Source of the DNA: a virus
Lineage: Duplodnaviria; Caudoviricetes
Length of the DNA stretch: 34,352 bases
Reading direction: 5' to 3' (one strand)
IMG/VR virus record: IMGVR_UViG_3300035394_000014
Location: 1-34,352 of that record
Positions 27,723 through 34,352 of the stretch are shown here, one piece after another. The number at the start of each line of letters is the position of its first letter. Position 1 is the first letter of the stretch. The notes under the pieces are model-generated. The model saw only the letters and a program-made list of their open reading frames with translations. It was not told the DNA's origin and ran no database searches. The translations under genes and the position numbers were made by a program.

Positions 27723-30700
27723 TAACAATCAATCCCAATTAAAAGACATTGGGATTATTTCTTTTAATAAGGGTTTACATACTGATAACTCTCCAGTAAA
27801 TCAACCAGAAGGTACATGGAGATATGCTTTAAACTTAGTAGATGAAACATCCGAAGGTGATGACACGTTTGTCACTAACGAAAGATCAAACTATCAATGT
27901 TCACAACTTAAGGAAGGTTATGTACCTATTGGTTGGGTTTATATTAATAATAATCGAATGGTTATTTTTAGTGTAAATACTCAAACTGGATTATCTGAAA
28001 TAGGTGTTTTATATAATCATTGTGAATATACTGAATTGGTAAATTCACCTTGTTTAGAGTTTAATGAGCATTATCAAATTGACGCTGTATATAGACTTAG
28101 AGCTTCATGTGAAGATACTATTTATTGGGTAGATGGATTAAATAATGATAGATATTTCAATATTAATAAACCAGAATTATTCTACAGTGAAGAATACAAA
28201 GATTGGTTATCTAATCCAGTTGGACCAGAACCAACTAAATTTGATTGTTCTAAATTTGATTCTACAAGAGCATACGATATTCCATGCTTTAAAGATGTAG
28301 AAGTTAATCCAGGAGGTAGTATACCGTCTGGTACGTATAACTTTTCAATTAGACTTTTAGATGCTGATAGAAATCCTACTGCTTGGTTATATTCATCTCA
28401 ATTAGTACCTATATATGGCGATAATTTTAATAGTTCTTATAATTCTATATACGGTTCTTCTTACGTTCAATCTGATCCTATAATGGGGATTAATCCAGTT
28501 AATAAATCTATTAAATTAATATTGGATAATTTAGATTCTAGATTTGAATTTTATCAAATTGCAGTTATAAAAGCTCATTCATTTAATGGTGAAGTAAGTT
28601 CTGTAGTTATATCAGATGTCAGACCTATTAATGATAATACATTTATATATGATGGAAATGAATCTAATTATACTATAGGAACAAAAGAAGAGTTAGAATA
28701 TAAAACATTTGATTTAAAAATATCTCAACATATAGAGCAATTAGAAAATAGATTAATTAAAGCTAATGTTAAAGGTAGTAAATATCCTTGGTGTGATTTC
28801 CAATCAGCAGCATCTCAAATTGCATCTACATATATTATAAATGAGTTTGATTTAGATAATCAATCTTCATTTGGAAATGCTAAAAATCCAGACACATATT
28901 TTCAAGAAAGAGGATATTTAGGTGATGAAGTTTATGCTATGGGAATTGTATATGTATTTAAAGATGGAATTGAATCTCCAGCATATCATATACCTGGTAG
29001 ACCATTTAATACTATATGGGATAATGGTAGTATAAGTGTTACAGATGATTCTGAATGGATGAATGATAATTGTGATACTTCAGTTAAATCAACTACAGAA
29101 ATGCAATTTTGGCAATCTAAAGAATCTAAATATGAAGATCTTTTGCAATCTCAATGTTCTTCTATAGATTATTGGGGAAATGATTTTGCAGGTAATCCAT
29201 TAAAAGATCAATTTATAAGACATCATAGATTTCCATCAAGAACTAGAGAACATCACATAGGTCAAGCTACAATTATAGATAGTCCTAAAAAAGTGTTTGT
29301 TACAATTACTGATACTTGGACAGATGAATCCAATTGTCCAGAATATGTATACCCATTATCAGTTGAATTAACTTACGAGATAGGTGGTGTAATTCAACCA
29401 GTGGTAGTTATATTAAGTAATTTACCACAACCTAGTGGTACTAATATAGTATTTAATGGTGATACAGGATTTGAATTACCAATCGGAGCAAATTTAATTT
29501 CAATAGTATTGTTGAATGGTAACGGAGCTGACGCTACTGGAGAGTGTTTTAGATTAGATTATAGATTAGAAGGTGCTACACCATCTTTAACAGGATTAGT
29601 TGGTAGGTCATTGGGCATTAAATTTCATAACATTGTCTATCCTAACTCAGATATAATAGGTCATTACTTTGTCAGAATGGATAGAGATGCATTTAACAGA
29701 ACAATTATCGATAAAGGTATATCAGGAATAAATAGAAATAGAACTACAACTGGAGGTGACATTTCAAAATCATATGTAGCATTTACATATTTCGATGATT
29801 TTTTAGGTAGACCTACTATGTTTCCAAATTGTCAATGGATAATGACTCCTAACTTTCAATTTTACAAAGAAGCTGTTAAACCAGAATATTTAAAAGTTGA
29901 AAACTTATTTACTGAAGCGACAAGAAATATAAGTGTAACTGAATATGATGATCCAGAAGGATCTGCTTTCTGGGGTAATGAAGTAGATAATTTTATTAAA
30001 ACTAGAATTAAATATTATTCAGGTATTATATCACTTGATGATTGTAGTGTACAAAAAACAAATGAAGTAAATAAATATTTAGTATTAGATAAACTTACAT
30101 CAGATGATAATTTAAACCCTGGATTTACTACTGTAAATATGTCTTGGGATAATGACATTCAGTTTACAACTACAACTGACGGATTTACTAATATTCCTTT
30201 TGCTATTAATTATACAAGTTTAAAAGTAAATAGAGATGTACATTCTAATCTTTGGAATGCTAAATATCAAAGAATCCATAATTGCCTTTACACTTTAGAT
30301 AGTGATCAAGAGTGTTTTGGTGGAGATATATTTATAGTTAATTATGATAGATCAAATAGTCTTTATCAGTTTAAAGATTCAGGGGTTGGTAATGAAGTAC
30401 TAACTTTTCTAGCTGCAGCGGCATTAGCTGCTATAACAGTTTTATTTCCTCCACTAGGTGTAGCTGGAGTTATTGCTGGAGGAACGTTGACTACAACTGC
30501 TATAGTTTCTATAGCTATTGTTGGATTAGCAGTTATAACTTCTTTTGTTGCTTCTATAGGTGAAATACTAACTGCTTATAAAAAATATGGTTTAGAAGAA
30601 TTAGCAGAAGATATTCAATTTGGAAATAAATCTACAGCTAATTGGACTGATGATAATCATATGACAGGTGAAGCATTAGTTGGTATCTATATTGAATCTG

Positions 30701-32472
30701 AAATTAATTTAGATTTACAATTTAATCTAAAAGATAATAGTGAATATGAATGTACTACTTATTTAAAAAAAGAAGATTTAGCAACTACTGATACTATTAG
30801 AAATTACTATGCTAAAAAATGGTTGTTTAGAAAGAATCCTAATACTACAGATTTAGCATTAAGATATACTCCAGATTACCCTGTACCTTGTGCTGAGTTA
30901 TACTATTACAATAAAGATTATTCAAGAGAGAATTTACAATCGGTCTACTATTCTCTTCAATCTAATTATAACTGTTGCTCTGATTGTAGAGAAACTTTTC
31001 CAACAAGAGTAATCTATTCAGAACAATCATTTCAAGAAGAGTTAAGTGATAATTATAGAACATTTCTTTTAAATAATTATAGAGATATAGAAGGTGAAAC
31101 GGGAGAAATTACAGATATAACTAGATTTAATAATAATCTTTATATTCATACTGAAGAATCTATATGGCAATTACCAGCTCAATATCAAGAAAGAGTTACT
31201 GACGAAATAGTATCTTATATTGGTACAGGAGCATTCTTTTCAATACCACCTAGAAAAATATTAGATGATGATATTGGTTCTGCTGGTACACAACATAAGT
31301 GGGCTACTATAAAAAATAAATATGGAATATTCTTTGCTTCAGAAAGAGAGCATTCAGTTTATATGTTTGACGGTAAAATGTCGGATATATCAAAATCTGG
31401 TAATAAAAATTGGTTTAAAAACAATTTAAGACCATTTTTAAAAGATCAATTTATAGATAAAGGAATAGAGTTTCCATTTATAAATAACAATGCTTCAGAT
31501 AAAGGAATAGGTATTCATTCTGCCTTTGACCCAAGACATGATAGAATTATATTAACTAAACGAGATTATAAGATTATTAACGATAATTGGAACATAGTTA
31601 GAGTTGATGGTGATATTATAAACAATCCTAATTCTATTTCACCTTTGCAATTTGATACTCGTACTAATGACTTCTTTATTTACGAATATGGAATTTTAAA
31701 ACCAATTTCATTTGATAATTTTGATTATTTCGAGAATAAATCATTTACTATATCATATAGTCTGGTCAAAAAGATGTGGTTATCATATCATTCTTATATT
31801 CCTAATTTCTATACTTGGAATAATGATACATTCTTTTCTTATATTAATAAAAGTAATTTCATATGGAAACATGATGTTTATAATTACAACTCTTATCAAA
31901 CTTATTATGGTAAATATTATCCTCATATAATTGAAGTAATACATAATGATAAACCATATTTAAATAAGATAACAGATGATTTTACATTTCAAACAGAAGT
32001 TAAGTCATATGACAATTTAAATGAAGAATGGAATAATCATAGATATGTAACATTTAATAAAATATCAATGTATAACAATAGACAATGTTCTGGAGAATTA
32101 GAAATGATAGTTAAAGATACTGAGTCTAATGTTAATGATTACATGTCACATCAAGTTAATAATAGAATATCATCTAATGAAATAATAATAACTAGAGAAG
32201 AACGTAATTGGAATATAAATGACTTAAGAGATATTAGAATAGATTATGATAAACCAATTCATAGTAAGAAATGGAATAATATTAAGAATGAATTTCCAAT
32301 TGATAAAGTAATTAATTTAACAACTATTGATTTTAATAAAAATTGGTATGAATTAGAATCATTTAGAGATAAGTTTATTACAGTACGATTAACGTTTTAT
32401 AAACAAGAACATTCAGATAAAAAACTAATTTTTAATTATAATTTAACAACAAACGGTACTAGTTATCGATAA
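27706..32472 (+). CDS. Tail stabilisation/muzzle protein (Tstab-like)
   Basis: FNKGLHTD.SP..QP.GT.R.ALN, IYWVDG.N, GY..DEVYA.GIV, FPTRV.YS, GEIT and SFTISYS..W.S.HSY.P. Start set at ATG 27706. Confidence 0.8.
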   Translation: MAEDTNNNQSQLKDIGIISFNKGLHTDNSPVNQPEGTWRYALNLVDETSEGDDTFVTNERSNYQCSQLKEGYVPIGWVYINNNRMVIFSVNTQTGLSEIGVLYNHCEYTELVNSPCLEFNEHYQIDAVYRLRASCEDTIYWVDGLNNDRYFNINKPELFYSEEYKDWLSNPVGPEPTKFDCSKFDSTRAYDIPCFKDVEVNPGGSIPSGTYNFSIRLLDADRNPTAWLYSSQLVPIYGDNFNSSYNSIYGSSYVQSDPIMGINPVNKSIKLILDNLDSRFEFYQIAVIKAHSFNGEVSSVVISDVRPINDNTFIYDGNESNYTIGTKEELEYKTFDLKISQHIEQLENRLIKANVKGSKYPWCDFQSAASQIASTYIINEFDLDNQSSFGNAKNPDTYFQERGYLGDEVYAMGIVYVFKDGIESPAYHIPGRPFNTIWDNGSISVTDDSEWMNDNCDTSVKSTTEMQFWQSKESKYEDLLQSQCSSIDYWGNDFAGNPLKDQFIRHHRFPSRTREHHIGQATIIDSPKKVFVTITDTWTDESNCPEYVYPLSVELTYEIGGVIQPVVVILSNLPQPSGTNIVFNGDTGFELPIGANLISIVLLNGNGADATGECFRLDYRLEGATPSLTGLVGRSLGIKFHNIVYPNSDIIGHYFVRMDRDAFNRTIIDKGISGINRNRTTTGGDISKSYVAFTYFDDFLGRPTMFPNCQWIMTPNFQFYKEAVKPEYLKVENLFTEATRNISVTEYDDPEGSAFWGNEVDNFIKTRIKYYSGIISLDDCSVQKTNEVNKYLVLDKLTSDDNLNPGFTTVNMSWDNDIQFTTTTDGFTNIPFAINYTSLKVNRDVHSNLWNAKYQRIHNCLYTLDSDQECFGGDIFIVNYDRSNSLYQFKDSGVGNEVLTFLAAAALAAITVLFPPLGVAGVIAGGTLTTTAIVSIAIVGLAVITSFVASIGEILTAYKKYGLEELAEDIQFGNKSTANWTDDNHMTGEALVGIYIESEINLDLQFNLKDNSEYECTTYLKKEDLATTDTIRNYYAKKWLFRKNPNTTDLALRYTPDYPVPCAELYYYNKDYSRENLQSVYYSLQSNYNCCSDCRETFPTRVIYSEQSFQEELSDNYRTFLLNNYRDIEGETGEITDITRFNNNLYIHTEESIWQLPAQYQERVTDEIVSYIGTGAFFSIPPRKILDDDIGSAGTQHKWATIKNKYGIFFASEREHSVYMFDGKMSDISKSGNKNWFKNNLRPFLKDQFIDKGIEFPFINNNASDKGIGIHSAFDPRHDRIILTKRDYKIINDNWNIVRVDGDIINNPNSISPLQFDTRTNDFFIYEYGILKPISFDNFDYFENKSFTISYSLVKKMWLSYHSYIPNFYTWNNDTFFSYINKSNFIWKHDVYNYNSYQTYYGKYYPHIIEVIHNDKPYLNKITDDFTFQTEVKSYDNLNEEWNNHRYVTFNKISMYNNRQCSGELEMIVKDTESNVNDYMSHQVNNRISSNEIIITREERNWNINDLRDIRIDYDKPIHSKKWNNIKNEFPIDKVINLTTIDFNKNWYELESFRDKFITVRLTFYKQEHSDKKLIFNYNLTTNGTSYR

Positions 32473-32478
32473 TTTATA

Positions 32479-32486
32479 TATCTTTG
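32479..32486 (+). promoter_or_regulatory. Bacteroidota -7 promoter element
   Basis: TATCTTTG in the gap, 17 nt before ATG 32503. Confidence 0.6.
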
Positions 32487-32502
32487 TAAAAAATAATTTA
32501 AT

Positions 32503-34352
32503 ATGAAAAAGAAAGTTAATAATAAAATTAAACTTAAGAAGTTTGGTGATGGAACGAGTTCATTAGGAATAAATCTAGATGATGTATTACCTCAGGGTAA
32601 ATCTATATTTGATCAGTTAAAACAAATTAATAATCTAACTAACCCATTTAAAGATCCAAACTCACAAGTACCAGTTCAACCAACTTATCCTACTCAGCAA
32701 AATACAAATTACCAAAGTGTAGTGGGTGAAATATCACCTGTATCAAAAGAAGTGAAATCTATAACAACTCCACAAAGTTTAACTGACCCATTATCTGGGT
32801 TAGTTACTGGTGGAGCAATGAGTTTATTAGGTGAATCAATTAACAATTTAAATGCACTTAATAATAAAGGTCAAAATTCACCTTATAGATTTGTTACTAC
32901 TAATACTAATAAAATAATGGCATATGGAGGTAATGTAGGTGGTGGTCCAAAACTACCTCATAGTATAAATGAAATAGGTTTAACTGGACTTCAAAAACTA
33001 GCTGAAGTTGGAAAAAAATCAATGTTACGAAGGATGCCATTAGTAGGAGGAGTATATGGAACATATGCTGATTTAATGGAAGGAAATTATACTGATATAC
33101 CAGGCGATATAGTATCTATGATTCCTAATCCAGTTACATTTATAGCAGGTACTGCTGATGGATTAGCTAGTGATTTTATACCAGGTTATAGAGAAAAAAG
33201 AGATAACATTGTTAAACATATGATGGATATGCAAAGAGCTACTTCGTCACCTAGATTCGCATACGGAGGTCAAGTACCAAATATTCCAGTTGAGGTAGAA
33301 GGTAATGAAGTAGTACAAACTCCAGATGGTCAAGTTGCACAAGTTAGTGGTCCTAATCACGAGTCAGGTGGTGTACAAGCCAATTTACCAGAAGGTACTC
33401 AAGTATTCTCTAAACGACTAGAAAAAGAAGGTAAGAATTTAGCTAATAGAAAACTTGAAAGAGAAGCTAAGTTGAATAAATTAGAATCAATGTTAGCTAA
33501 GAATCCAAATGATAAGTCATTACAGAATACTTATAATAGAATGAAATCTGTATTGGAACAAGAAGAGAAATCAGATTTAATGATGCAAGAACAGATTAAT
33601 CAAGTCACCGAAAGTATGCAACAAATGGCGTATGGTGGCAAAGTTAAACAATATAGAACAGGAGGAGTTGTAGATGATGAAGAACGTATTCCATATGCAG
33701 AGAAACCAATTGATCCAAATGAATATTTTAGAAATCAAGTTGTAGAGGATAGAACTCTTCGTAAAATGGAAGCGTTAGACGATGTTCAATCACTAGGTTA
33801 TGTTCATCCAAAAACTGATTTAAAAAATCAAATTAATGCCGTAATTAAATTAACTGAGCCTACTATTATAGACTTCCCAAAGCAAACTTTACCAGAAGTT
33901 AATTTTACACCAGAAGCTCAATCAATGTATACAGTAGGAGATCAATTAGGATTTATGGGATTAGGAATGGGAGCTGTAACACCAGGATTAATGACTGGGC
34001 TAAATAGAATTGGTGATAAAAAGAATATTAATCCTTACACTAATTTTGGTAGAGAAGCATTAGGATCTAATGCAGCTTCTATGAGTCAAACTCAAGGTTA
34101 TAGAGATCAAAATATAGCTATTAATAATTTAGGTTATCAAACAGCTTTAAAACAGAATCAAAATAGTAGTAGAAGTGTTAATACTACTAGAGGATTAAAT
34201 ATAGCATCTGATCAAGTTTTAAATAATGCTAATTTAAAAGTGAACGAAGCCTATGCTCAAAATATGCAAAAGTTATATGGAGATAGAGCTCAATTACAAA
34301 ATGCAAGAGATGCTCAAGTTATGCAAGGAGAAGGTACTAGAGATATGAATGA
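32503..34352 (+). CDS. Cargo/ejection protein, truncated at window end and absent from the ORF track
   Basis: Open frame MKKKVNNKIK... to the end of the window (>=616 codons). Contains VEVEGNE, GPNHESGG, repeated [MF]AYGG and an A/Q/N-rich tail, and follows the muzzle gene as in crAss-like phages. Confidence 0.78.
   Translation, partial: MKKKVNNKIKLKKFGDGTSSLGINLDDVLPQGKSIFDQLKQINNLTNPFKDPNSQVPVQPTYPTQQNTNYQSVVGEISPVSKEVKSITTPQSLTDPLSGLVTGGAMSLLGESINNLNALNNKGQNSPYRFVTTNTNKIMAYGGNVGGGPKLPHSINEIGLTGLQKLAEVGKKSMLRRMPLVGGVYGTYADLMEGNYTDIPGDIVSMIPNPVTFIAGTADGLASDFIPGYREKRDNIVKHMMDMQRATSSPRFAYGGQVPNIPVEVEGNEVVQTPDGQVAQVSGPNHESGGVQANLPEGTQVFSKRLEKEGKNLANRKLEREAKLNKLESMLAKNPNDKSLQNTYNRMKSVLEQEEKSDLMMQEQINQVTESMQQMAYGGKVKQYRTGGVVDDEERIPYAEKPIDPNEYFRNQVVEDRTLRKMEALDDVQSLGYVHPKTDLKNQINAVIKLTEPTIIDFPKQTLPEVNFTPEAQSMYTVGDQLGFMGLGMGAVTPGLMTGLNRIGDKKNINPYTNFGREALGSNAASMSQTQGYRDQNIAINNLGYQTALKQNQNSSRSVNTTRGLNIASDQVLNNANLKVNEAYAQNMQKLYGDRAQLQNARDAQVMQGEGTRDMN

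Noticed and set aside
4109-31930. Short antisense or nested ORFs (4109, 4530, 8600, 12402, 14840, 15065, 17665, 21123, 31712)
   Set aside because: All lie over well-supported plus-strand genes and have shadow-like composition.
338-34352. Stop-codon reassignment as seen in some crAss-like phages
   Set aside because: Genes are intact in code 11. TAG and TGA act as real stops, and TAG 18845 is followed by an in-frame TAA within seven codons.

Overview
AT-rich, all-plus-strand virion morphogenesis module of a crAss-like (Crassvirales-type) Bacteroidota phage, read in the standard genetic code. From the start it contains a repeat and G-tract non-coding zone, a free-standing GIY-YIG endonuclease, and a ~490-nt candidate structured ncRNA bounded by its own promoter and terminator. 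Small HTH, IHF-like, Cys-rich and DUF1573-like genes follow, then putative TerS, TerL, portal, putative scaffold, major capsid protein, conserved capsid/ring proteins and a block of Cys-rich and fibre-like proteins. The end holds a lysis cluster, a PD-(D/E)XK nuclease, ring/IHF/tail-tubular/muzzle genes and a truncated cargo (ejection) protein. Bacteroidota-type TAnnTTTG promoters and A-rich starts without Shine-Dalgarno sequences point to the host phylum. The most interesting items are the large unassigned ncRNA, an attenuator-like leader before the nuclease, pervasive Cys clusters in virion proteins, a hydrophobic hairpin in the muzzle protein and an ATC-start micro-ORF. All family assignments come from motif recognition and synteny; no database searches were run.
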